DNA from: an uncultured delta proteobacterium
GTDB taxonomy: Bacteria > Myxococcota_A > Polyangia > Polyangiales > Polyangiaceae
Direction of reading: 5' to 3'
NCBI GenBank assembly: GCA_963806225.1
Contig: CAWDXG010000004.1
Span: forward strand, 3,200,001 to 3,264,000
DNA: 64,000 bases
The notes below the pieces were generated by a model, which worked only from the letters and a program-made list of their open reading frames with translations, searched no databases and was not told where the DNA came from. Shown in pieces: positions 42,504 to 50,701 of the stretch (positions are counted from its first letter, which is position 1; every line of letters starts with the position of its first letter). Position numbers and translations under genes: made by a program.

Positions 42504-44315
42504 TCAGATCGAGGGCGGTCGCGGCCTGAGCTCGTCGGCCCCGTACAGGGCGGCGTATCCGCTCCTCAGACCATAGCAGCGGTTCGAGAGCCCGCACGAA
42601 GCGCACGGCTCGGGCTTGACGAACTCGCCGCGGTCGATCCCTTCGGGGACCTCCGCAAGACCGAGATACTCCTCGAGCACCTCCGGGACGAGGCAGAGCG
42701 GCATTCCACACATCGATTCGAAGCCACCGATGACGACGCCGAGCTCGTTTCCCAGCCGGATGCCCTCGGCCATCGACGGCAGCACGTCGGAGTAGCGCGG
42801 CACCAGCTCCGGCGTGCGCGGGACCACGTCGGTCGACGCCGCGACGAAGGAGACGGTGAGCCGTGCGCGGGGCCAGCGTCCGGCGACCATGCGCACGTAG
42901 TCGGGGAAGTCGCGGTAGTTCTTCTGGCAGAAGACGAAATTCAGCCGCACGGCGATCGGGCTCTGGCAGAGCGTGTCGATACCGCGCACCGTCTTGTCGA
43001 AGGTGCCGGGCACCTCGGTCACGGCGTCGGAGACGGCTGCGTTCGAACCGTGCAGCGAGACGAACGCAACGTCCACTCCCGCGTCGGCGAGCGCGCGCGT
43101 CAGCTCCGCGTCCTCCAGCCGCGTTGCGTTGGTCTGCAGCTCGACGCTGCGCGCCCCCGATTGCCTGGCGAGCTTGACGTAGTCGACCAGCTCCGGGTTC
43201 AGCGTGGGCTCTCCCCCGGACAGCGCGACAGCGCCGCCGGCCCGGCCGGCCTCGACGATGGCGCCGCGCACCGCCTCCCCTTCCGCAGCCGGGAGATGCG
43301 TGGACACGAAACAGAAGTCGCACGCCTGGTTGCAGCGGAAGTTGACCCGGACGGTGTGCATGGGCAGCGTCGTCCCGTCCGGCTGCCGCGCCACCTCGTA
43401 GCTGACGAGCTCGCGGGCGATCTGGTCTTCGACGGAGGAGATGACGCTCAACCGGCGCCTCAAACGGTCGCTCGCGATCGGCGAGAGCTCCGGCGTGCCC
43501 GGACGCTCCAGCGCAGCCCGGGGCACCCCCGGACAGCGGTCCTCGACCTGGCACGACGAGCACGCCGCGACGCTCGCGTAGCCGGGCCGCGGAGGCCCGC
43601 CGCGCGTCATCGCGAACAGATGGGCGACGCGATCCGGGCGCGGGAAGACGCACGGAGGGATCTGCGGATCCTGGCCCAGGCGCACGGGCAACCCGAGCAC
43701 GCGGGCCCGGTTCTCGACGGCTGCGATCGCCTCGGCGGCGTCGGACAGACCGGCCAGCTCGTCCGGTTCCGGCGCATCCAGCGGAACACCGAGCACCAGG
43801 CACGAGACATCGACTCCGTCAGCGACCAGTCCACCGGGCACGTCCACAACGGCGTCGAGGTTGCGCTTCACGACCGGGACGGCCACTTCGATGCGCAAGC
43901 CGGCGTCGGCCAGCGCGCGGAGCCCGCGACGGAGCGCAGCGAACCCGCCCGGATCCCGCGTCAACTCGTCGAGCGCGTTCCCCCACCTCGGCACGTGCAC
44001 GCGAGCCACGTCCAGGCCGGCCTCGGCCAACCCGCGGGCCCGTTCCTCCGTGATCGAGGTCGCGTTCGTCTCCAGCACGACGCGTTCGACGCCGAGCCGG
44101 CGCGCCCGCGCGACCAGCGGGGCGATGTCGCGCCTGAGCGTCGGCTCGCCGCCCGTGATCACGATCTCGGTGGCGCCCTCTCGCTGGGCCGCGGCAAGCC
44201 GGGCCGCCACCGCCCGGGGCTGCACGAAGGCCGGGTCGTCGCGGGGCCGCCGCGCGTTGCAGAACACGCAGTTCTGGTTGCACGTGCGATTCGTGAGCAG
44301 GCGCGCGGTTCTCAT
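42504..44315 (-). CDS. Tandem double radical SAM protein (both motifs intact)
   Basis: CNQNCVFC with TGGEPT and CNQACDFC with SGGEPT, each followed by CxxC-x5-CxG. Confidence 0.92.
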   Translation of the reverse strand: MRTARLLTNRTCNQNCVFCNARRPRDDPAFVQPRAVAARLAAAQREGATEIVITGGEPTLRRDIAPLVARARRLGVERVVLETNATSITEERARGLAEAGLDVARVHVPRWGNALDELTRDPGGFAALRRGLRALADAGLRIEVAVPVVKRNLDAVVDVPGGLVADGVDVSCLVLGVPLDAPEPDELAGLSDAAEAIAAVENRARVLGLPVRLGQDPQIPPCVFPRPDRVAHLFAMTRGGPPRPGYASVAACSSCQVEDRCPGVPRAALERPGTPELSPIASDRLRRRLSVISSVEDQIARELVSYEVARQPDGTTLPMHTVRVNFRCNQACDFCFVSTHLPAAEGEAVRGAIVEAGRAGGAVALSGGEPTLNPELVDYVKLARQSGARSVELQTNATRLEDAELTRALADAGVDVAFVSLHGSNAAVSDAVTEVPGTFDKTVRGIDTLCQSPIAVRLNFVFCQKNYRDFPDYVRMVAGRWPRARLTVSFVAASTDVVPRTPELVPRYSDVLPSMAEGIRLGNELGVVIGGFESMCGMPLCLVPEVLEEYLGLAEVPEGIDRGEFVKPEPCASCGLSNRCYGLRSGYAALYGADELRPRPPSI

Positions 44316-44337
44316 CGACCCCCGTCGATCCGTGCGC

Positions 44338-46014
44338 TCACCCGTCGCCGGACGCGAGTGCGACAGGCGGCAGGACGGGCTCGAGCTCCTTGTAGCCGTG
44401 AGCGCGGACGAAATTGATGTGTACGCCCTTGCAGTCGCCGTCGTACCGGCAGCCCCGGCAGCGACGGCTCTTGGTGTAGAAGCGATCCGCCACGTAGCGC
44501 TGCGTGTACCTCGGCATGTCGATGCGCGCGTCGGCGCCTAGCATGCCGCCGTCGAGGAAACGCCCGACGCTCTCTGGCTCGCGCCCCCCGATGCACGCTG
44601 GGATGTTCTCCGTGCGCGCTCCTTCCGGCAGCGAGGCGCATAGCTGTCGCAGCTCGATGTCGTTCCTGCGCTGGTCGGTGACGCGGTCGTAGTTCGGCTG
44701 GATGACGACCAGTCGCGCCGGGGGCACCTTGTCGAGCGCGGGCGCGGTGCTCCGGTTGGCGTACACGGCGAGCGTGAAGTCCCCGTCGATGCCCAGCAAG
44801 GCGTCGAGCTGTTCGAGGCTGCGCACGTAGCAGCGCTCGAGCCCAAAGCCCGCAAAGCGCCCCTCGGCGTCCAACGCCTCGCCCAGGGCGCCGTAGTCGG
44901 GCAGCTCCAACCAGACGCTCTCCGCGCCGGCGCGCTTGGCCAGACGCTCTGCCTCGGCAAGATCGGCCGCCACGACGTAGGCAGCACGCGCTCTGGGCAA
45001 TTGACCGGCGATGGGCGCCGGCTCGGTCATGCGCAGCACGTCGACCTCGGGCTGCCGCCGCTCCTCCAGCACCTCGTCCAGCGTGTCGCAGAGCTGGTTC
45101 AGGTAGCAGTAGTGACAGCGCTCCGGCTCGCGGCAGTGCAGCTTCTCGCCGACGGACAGGTAGCGGTCGTATTCCTCGCGGCGACCGCGCACCTCGTCGT
45201 TCATCTTGTACGGATCCTGGATCAGATCCTCGAACCCCTCGGTGTACGGCGGCGGGAAGCGATTGAGCCAGATGTGGATGTCCGGCCGTCGCGAGTACTC
45301 CATCGCCTGCCTGAGGGCCTCTTCGTTGCCCTCGAGGTCGTAGAACAGGTGTTCCTTGGCCATGCCCCAGGCGTTGCCGAACGGGATGATGTGGAGCAGG
45401 TCGAACTCCTGTACGCCCCAGCCGATGAACGTCTCGAGCATCTCCGGCAGGTGCTTCACGTTCTGCTTGTTGATGACGATGTCGACATTGACGATGAAAC
45501 GATCGGAGGCCAGCGCTGCTTTCAGACCTGCCGTCTCCTGCACGAACGCGCCGGGCGTCCCTACCAGTGCATCGTGGAGCTTCGGAGTGTGGCCGTGCAG
45601 CGAGAACGTGATCTCGTCCAGGCCGTTGTCGGCGGCGGTCTCGAGGAACTCCGGGTAGGCGAACATCCGCCCGTTGGTCACGGTCTGGACCTTCGGGTAC
45701 CCCGCGCGCTTGCCGAGCTTGACGAAGTCGAGGAAGTTTGGATGCATCGTCGGCTCGCCGCCGCTCAGGATGAGACGCGCCGCACCCTTCTTGCGCCCCT
45801 CGACGATCTGCACCTTCACGTCCATGATGCCGCGCATGGTCCCGTTGTGGGCCAGCGTATCGAGGCAGAACGTGCAGTGATTGTTGCAGTCGTAGGTGAG
45901 CCGCACCCAGTTGCGCTTCTCGTGGGCGGCCTCTTCGTGGTCGGCGACCTTCTCGAGCTCGTCCTCGGCCGAGGTCAGCGTGTTGGGGGCGACGGCGTCG
46001 TGCTCGGCGATCAT
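44338..46014 (-). CDS. His-Xaa-Ser system radical SAM protein, HxsC-like
   Basis: WVRLTYDCNNHCTFCLD, SGGEPT, extra Cys motifs; GGAGG RBS, ATGA coupling; two genes downstream of the precursor. Confidence 0.88.
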   Translation of the reverse strand: MIAEHDAVAPNTLTSAEDELEKVADHEEAAHEKRNWVRLTYDCNNHCTFCLDTLAHNGTMRGIMDVKVQIVEGRKKGAARLILSGGEPTMHPNFLDFVKLGKRAGYPKVQTVTNGRMFAYPEFLETAADNGLDEITFSLHGHTPKLHDALVGTPGAFVQETAGLKAALASDRFIVNVDIVINKQNVKHLPEMLETFIGWGVQEFDLLHIIPFGNAWGMAKEHLFYDLEGNEEALRQAMEYSRRPDIHIWLNRFPPPYTEGFEDLIQDPYKMNDEVRGRREEYDRYLSVGEKLHCREPERCHYCYLNQLCDTLDEVLEERRQPEVDVLRMTEPAPIAGQLPRARAAYVVAADLAEAERLAKRAGAESVWLELPDYGALGEALDAEGRFAGFGLERCYVRSLEQLDALLGIDGDFTLAVYANRSTAPALDKVPPARLVVIQPNYDRVTDQRRNDIELRQLCASLPEGARTENIPACIGGREPESVGRFLDGGMLGADARIDMPRYTQRYVADRFYTKSRRCRGCRYDGDCKGVHINFVRAHGYKELEPVLPPVALASGDG

Positions 46015-46958
46015 GCGGATGCCTCCGTGGTCTTCTGATAGCAGAGGAGCCACTGATTGCTCGTGGCGGGGCCGACATCCTGCCTTTCCAGAAGCGAGAG
46101 CGGGTATTTCCCGAACAGGCGGGCCGCTTCCAGCGAGGAGTCGTTCCGGAAATGTTCGAACAAGCCGGGACCGCGCTCGGCGCGCCGCGCGTGCTCCCGC
46201 GAACGGACCAGCCCGAAGGCAATGTTGTCGACGACGAGCAGCGTGCCTCCCGGCGACAGCAGGCCGACGGCGATGTCCAGATCCGCCTCGGGATCGGGCA
46301 GGTGGTTGTAGCTGCGCAGCACCAGCACATGATCGAAGCGCGCGCCTTCGCCCGCCAGGTCGGCCAGCGTACCGACCCGGTAGCGCGCCCAGGGGTGACG
46401 CGAGGCCAGCAGCTCGACGCGTCCTCTGTCGGGATCCAGTCCGAGATAGGTCGCGCGTCCTGCCCGGACGCTTCCGGCCAGCTCCGCGGCGTAGGGCCCT
46501 TCGCCGGCACCCACGTCGAGCACCTTCCCCTCGAGCTTCCGGAGCAGTTGTCGCACCCGCTCTTCGTCCTCCGTGAAGGGGTCCCCGGGCACCTTGACCC
46601 AGCATCCGCCGCACTCGCTGCGCCGCCCACACGTGACGCACTCGCGCGACAGCGCGAGCTTCTTGAGATCGCGCGCGAAATCGTCCGGAGCGAGCTTGGA
46701 CGACACGTCCGCGTACACCTGCCCCAACTCCTGCTTGATGCGCTGCAGATCCAGATCGGAAAAGTCAGTACTCCGCGTCCGGTACAGACGCATCCGGTCG
46801 CGAAGCCGCAGAAACAGCGTACGACCCGGATCCAGCGCTCCCGGGGCAGGATCGGCGATGGCCGGCTCCGCGAGCGGACACGCCGCGCCGGCCGCCCGCG
46901 GAATGTCCATCACCGGCTCGTAGTTCCAGGAGTTCGAACGCGCTGCGACCCTCACCAC
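46011..46958 (-). CDS. Class I SAM-dependent methyltransferase with N-terminal Cys motif (start may be 46910)
   Basis: VLDVGAGEG, YLGLDP, LSPGGTL; CVTCGRRSECGGC. Confidence 0.85.
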   Translation of the reverse strand: MVRVAARSNSWNYEPVMDIPRAAGAACPLAEPAIADPAPGALDPGRTLFLRLRDRMRLYRTRSTDFSDLDLQRIKQELGQVYADVSSKLAPDDFARDLKKLALSRECVTCGRRSECGGCWVKVPGDPFTEDEERVRQLLRKLEGKVLDVGAGEGPYAAELAGSVRAGRATYLGLDPDRGRVELLASRHPWARYRVGTLADLAGEGARFDHVLVLRSYNHLPDPEADLDIAVGLLSPGGTLLVVDNIAFGLVRSREHARRAERGPGLFEHFRNDSSLEAARLFGKYPLSLLERQDVGPATSNQWLLCYQKTTEASA

Positions 46959-47026
46959 GGCACAAACGTTACCAGAAATGTGACGTAACGGCAGGTACGC
47001 GGTGCTGTCCGGAGCAGGAACCCGGA

Positions 47027-47329
47027 CTACCAGGAGCCGTGGCTACCGTGGCTACCGTGGCTGCCGTGACTGCCGTGGCTGCCGTGGCTACCGTGGCTGC
47101 CGTGACTGCCGTGGCTGCCGTGGCTGCCGTGGCTGCCGTGGCTGCCGTGGCTGCCGTGCGAACAGTGCTGCGCGAGGATCACACCGCCAGGATCGTCGCC
47201 GAGGCCCGGAGCCTGCTCGCAGTTGTCGCGCGCCTTGTCGATCACGGCATCCTCGGACTTGCTGAGCATGCCGCGTGCGCTGCGGGTGAAGCTCGGCAAG
47301 CGACCAGGTATTTGCTTTCCGTTGCTCAT
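47027..47329 (-). CDS. hxsA: His-Xaa-Ser repeat precursor peptide (HxsA-like)
   Basis: 54-aa leader ending ILAQ, then HCS-(HGS)14-W; ATGA overlap with the upstream HxsD-like gene; variation among the HGS units is synonymous only. Confidence 0.92.
   Translation of the reverse strand: MSNGKQIPGRLPSFTRSARGMLSKSEDAVIDKARDNCEQAPGLGDDPGGVILAQHCSHGSHGSHGSHGSHGSHGSHGSHGSHGSHGSHGSHGSHGSHGSW
47033..47158 (-). repeat. 9-bp tandem repeat x14 encoding HGS
   Basis: CAC GG(C/T) AG(C/T) units; last unit uses TCC. Confidence 0.97.
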
Positions 47330-47580
47330 CGTTCCCCCGTCACGGGTTCTGGCGCTGGACGCGCCTCCGACTGCCGTTCTTCGATTGTCGCGCCCAGAGC
47401 GTAGTTCGAGAATTCATCAGCGATCGTATGTTCATCGAACTCTCCGGTCGCGGTGATGCGGACCCTGTACGCCTCGTTCGTCTTGTCCAACTCGAAGCTC
47501 GCGTAGTCCGCGTACACCTGGACCGCCGAGTCGATGGCAGTGCCCGAATACAGATCGGAGCTGTAGTCGATCTCGATCAT
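47326..47580 (-). CDS. HxsD-like small protein
   Basis: YSSDLYSGTAIDSAV...IADEFSNYAL; ATGA-coupled on both sides. Confidence 0.8.
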   Translation of the reverse strand: MIEIDYSSDLYSGTAIDSAVQVYADYASFELDKTNEAYRVRITATGEFDEHTIADEFSNYALGATIEERQSEARPAPEPVTGER

Positions 47581-48104
47581 CGCGCACTCCCCGCTGCGGA
47601 GGATTTTCCCTCGCCGGCCGGCGGCTCCCCGGAGCTCGAAGGTTCTTCGGGCTCTTCCTCTTCGCTCCCGCCGCTCGGCTTGCCCTTCTTCTTGTACTTC
47701 TCTTCCCAGCTCATCGCGATGCCCAGTGGATCCTCGAAGGCGGTGTCGTCGTCGATGTCCATCGACATCAGGTCGTCGAGGCCCGGCGGCCCTGCGGCGC
47801 CGGCAAGCGCCTGCGTCGTTACCTGTTCGATCAGCTCGCGGTTCTCGTCGATGATCTGCCGCCGCCAGGCCTGCCCGAGGATCTCGTTCTCGAACTCGCC
47901 TGCGAGATCATCGAGAGCGCGCTTGACGCCTTCTTTGAGCTTCAGGCGCACCGAGATGCGACCGGGGCTCGGCCGATCGAGGTGGACGTAGCAGCGATCG
48001 ATGAAGATGTACGCCGCGCCGTAGACGGCGTCCTTCGGATACAGGCCCTCGTCGAACTCCAGCGTGAGGGCGTCACCGTCGTGCGATGTGCTGATATCGG
48101 ACAT
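47577..48104 (-). CDS. hxsD: His-Xaa-Ser system protein HxsD
   Basis: FDEGLYPKDAVYGAAYIFIDRCYV...GEFENEIL..R..I...RELI; tail EDPLGIAMSWEEKY. Confidence 0.85.
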   Translation of the reverse strand: MSDISTSHDGDALTLEFDEGLYPKDAVYGAAYIFIDRCYVHLDRPSPGRISVRLKLKEGVKRALDDLAGEFENEILGQAWRRQIIDENRELIEQVTTQALAGAAGPPGLDDLMSMDIDDDTAFEDPLGIAMSWEEKYKKKGKPSGGSEEEEPEEPSSSGEPPAGEGKSSAAGSAR

Positions 48105-48114
48105 GTGGCTCGTA

Positions 48115-49830
48115 CTACTTGCTGACCGCGAGCGTGAACTGATCGCATTCGGGGTCCGGATTGCCGCTCGTCGCGGCCGGAATGCTGGTGCGGGTGATCT
48201 TGACGTACAGCGTCGTCGGCACGATGGAGTGGTCGGTCTTGCACACCGACGCCTGGCAAGCACTGGCGAAGTTCATCGACCAGTCGGTGATGTTGTTGCC
48301 GTTGGTGACGCTGCCGCTCGGCAGGCTACCGCCGGTTCCGGGGCATGAAACCGCCGTGCTGCAGTTGGCCAGCACGTCCATGCGATATTCCGTACCACCC
48401 TGCGTGAGCTGGATGCGCGGATTGAAGTTGCTGCCTGGGCTCGGCTTGGAGAACGAGACCTTGTACCACACGGCGGCGTTCGAGGTGATGATCTGGCCCG
48501 TGCTGTTGGACGGGACCGCCACGGTCGAGGCCGAAGCGCATGCGTTGATGGTGGGATTCTGCGAGCAGGTCTGCGTCTCGCAGCCGTCGCAATAGTTGCC
48601 GTTGTTGTCGTGATAGCCCGGCGCGCAGCCACCGGCCGGGATCGAGCAGGCACCGTTGCACGCGATGGTGTTCACGTGCGGGAAAGACGTCGGGGTGCCG
48701 GGGCAATCGCGACCGCACATGGTCGCGACGGGATCGTTGTCCGGACTGCCGTCACAGTCGTCATCCTTGCCGTCGCAGTGCTCCAGCTGGCTTCCGGGGC
48801 TGATGTTCGCGATGCAGGACTGTTGGCCGCCCGCGCACTGCGTATGACCGGCAGCGCAGATCCCCTGGTCGCCGCTGTTGCACGCGACCGAAGTGATGTT
48901 GTCGTCGATGCTGCCGTTGCAGTCGTTGTCCTTGCCGTCGCAGACCTCGCTCGATGCCGTATTCAACTGCGTGCAACCGAGCTGACCGTTCTGGCAGTCC
49001 GTGACGCCGGCCGCGCAGACGCCGTTCTTGCCCGTGTTGCAACTCGCGCCGCCTCCGGGGTTGCCCTCGTCGGTCTGGCCGTCGCAGTTATCGTCCTGGC
49101 CGTTGCACTTCTCGCTGGGCAGGGCGGTGTAGTTCTGGTTGCAGACGAGCTTGCCGTTTACGCAGTTCTTCGTGCCCGAAGCACAGATGCCCGGGAGACC
49201 GGTGTCGCAGGCCACGTTGCCGCCGGGATTGCCTTCGTCGGTCTGACCGTCGCAGTTGTTGTCGAGACCGTCGCAGATCTCGTTCGACGGCTGGTTGTCC
49301 GCTACGCAGTCGACCGCACCCTTGGCCGAGATGCAGTGCTTGTGTCCCGCCGCGCACACACCCTTCGCATTGGGGACCGTGCAGGGATCTCCCCCGCCCG
49401 GATCGCCCTCGTCGATCTTGCCGTTGCAGTTGTCGTCCAGCCCGTTGCAGCTCTCCGGAATCGAGCTGCAGCCACCGGTACCGCTGCCACCGGTGCCGCT
49501 GCCGCCCGCGCCGGCAATGCCGCCCGCCCCGGCCGGTCCGCCGTCGGTGCCGGCGCTGCCGTCCACAGCCGCGTCTCCCGCGGCGCCGCCGGCGCCACCG
49601 CCATCCACCGCGCCTCCGGCGCCCCCCGTGGTCCCGCCGGAGCCACCGCCAGAGCCTCCCATGCCGCTCCCGGAGGCTCCGCCACCTCCGTCCTGACCGG
49701 CAGAGCCTCCAGTGCCCGGACTGGTCTGGGCTTCGCTCCCCGAAGCGCAGCCACCGGCCATCAGGCCAAGCAGTGCGCTGGTCGACCCGATTGCGATCAA
49801 ACGACGGACGATGACGAGTTTGCGGGACAT
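48115..49830 (-). CDS. Lipoprotein with five MopE-like putative metal-binding repeats
   Basis: AGGC lipobox, Gly linker, five ExC(D/N)GxD(D/N)xC(D/N)GxxD repeats. Confidence 0.8.
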   Translation of the reverse strand: MSRKLVIVRRLIAIGSTSALLGLMAGGCASGSEAQTSPGTGGSAGQDGGGGASGSGMGGSGGGSGGTTGGAGGAVDGGGAGGAAGDAAVDGSAGTDGGPAGAGGIAGAGGSGTGGSGTGGCSSIPESCNGLDDNCNGKIDEGDPGGGDPCTVPNAKGVCAAGHKHCISAKGAVDCVADNQPSNEICDGLDNNCDGQTDEGNPGGNVACDTGLPGICASGTKNCVNGKLVCNQNYTALPSEKCNGQDDNCDGQTDEGNPGGGASCNTGKNGVCAAGVTDCQNGQLGCTQLNTASSEVCDGKDNDCNGSIDDNITSVACNSGDQGICAAGHTQCAGGQQSCIANISPGSQLEHCDGKDDDCDGSPDNDPVATMCGRDCPGTPTSFPHVNTIACNGACSIPAGGCAPGYHDNNGNYCDGCETQTCSQNPTINACASASTVAVPSNSTGQIITSNAAVWYKVSFSKPSPGSNFNPRIQLTQGGTEYRMDVLANCSTAVSCPGTGGSLPSGSVTNGNNITDWSMNFASACQASVCKTDHSIVPTTLYVKITRTSIPAATSGNPDPECDQFTLAVSK

Positions 49831-49861
49831 TGCGGCTACCCCTTGAGGAAGATGCTGCGGT

Positions 49862-50686
49862 TCACCATCCCGCACCCGGGGATGTGTGTTGGTCGAAGGG
49901 CGATGGCGGTTGTGACGCCGGGAGGGTCTCGTGCCCGGCGAGCGCACCCGGACCGAGGCCTCCTCCTGCTGGCCCGGGCTGTACCGGACCCAGCCCGGCA
50001 AACCAGTGCTCCACCCCGTGTTCGCTCGAGAGCTCGAAGTCCGGCGCGGAAGATGCCAGACCAAGCGTCCGTGCGAGCTCCAGAGCGCGCGTGAGGTGCG
50101 GCCACACCATGCGCTTGTCGGGCACCAGGCGCGAAGCGTTGTCGCGACCTGCACCCAGAGGCTGCGCGAGCACGAGGCGTACCGCCTGCGCGCCGAGAGC
50201 ATGCGCGACTCTCACGACCCCGGAGAGATGGCGGAAGTTGGAGCGGGTCACCACGACGTTGATGCCGAGCTCCAGGCGCGCGGCCCGCGCGCGCCGGATC
50301 CCGAGCACCGTCTGGCGGAAGCTACCCGCTTGTCCCATGTGGTAGTCGTGGACCGGTTCGCTGTCGCCCGAGAGCGACACGTCCAGCGAGCTGACGCCGG
50401 CCTTCGCCAACCTCTGGGCAACACCCGGCTCCGCGAGCTGGCGCGCATGGGTCTGCACGACGATACGGGACACGCCGCGTTCGCGCGCCCGCTCGACCAG
50501 CTCGACCAGTCTGTCGAAAAGCGTGGGCTCGCCGCCAATGAACGCGAGTGTCTCGTGCACCGGTGCTCTGTCGACCTGGGCTGCCAGCGCCTCGAACGAG
50601 CCGGGCGACTCCGTTTCCCGAAGCCGACCCTGGGCGCACAGCGCGCAGGTGCTATCGCAGTAGAAGCCCAGCTCGACGAGATGCAC
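49862..50686 (-). CDS. Short radical SAM protein
   Basis: CDSTCALC, FIGGEPT, VVVTRSN; no C-terminal Cys tail. Confidence 0.8.
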   Translation of the reverse strand: MHLVELGFYCDSTCALCAQGRLRETESPGSFEALAAQVDRAPVHETLAFIGGEPTLFDRLVELVERARERGVSRIVVQTHARQLAEPGVAQRLAKAGVSSLDVSLSGDSEPVHDYHMGQAGSFRQTVLGIRRARAARLELGINVVVTRSNFRHLSGVVRVAHALGAQAVRLVLAQPLGAGRDNASRLVPDKRMVWPHLTRALELARTLGLASSAPDFELSSEHGVEHWFAGLGPVQPGPAGGGLGPGALAGHETLPASQPPSPFDQHTSPGAGW

Positions 50687-50701
50687 GCTTCAACGCCTCC
50701 T

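Noticed and set aside
46960..46974. Sigma54 promoter on the minus strand (TGGTA...GTGC)
   Set aside because: GG-N10-GC spacing fits, but both boxes deviate from consensus; too weak in high-GC DNA
47033..47158. CRISPR array or non-coding VNTR
   Set aside because: No spacers, no cas genes, and the repeat is coding
47002..47404. Plus-strand ORFs with RGC or AAV repeats
   Set aside because: Shadows of the HGS repeat; variation is non-synonymous in those frames and they lack operon coupling
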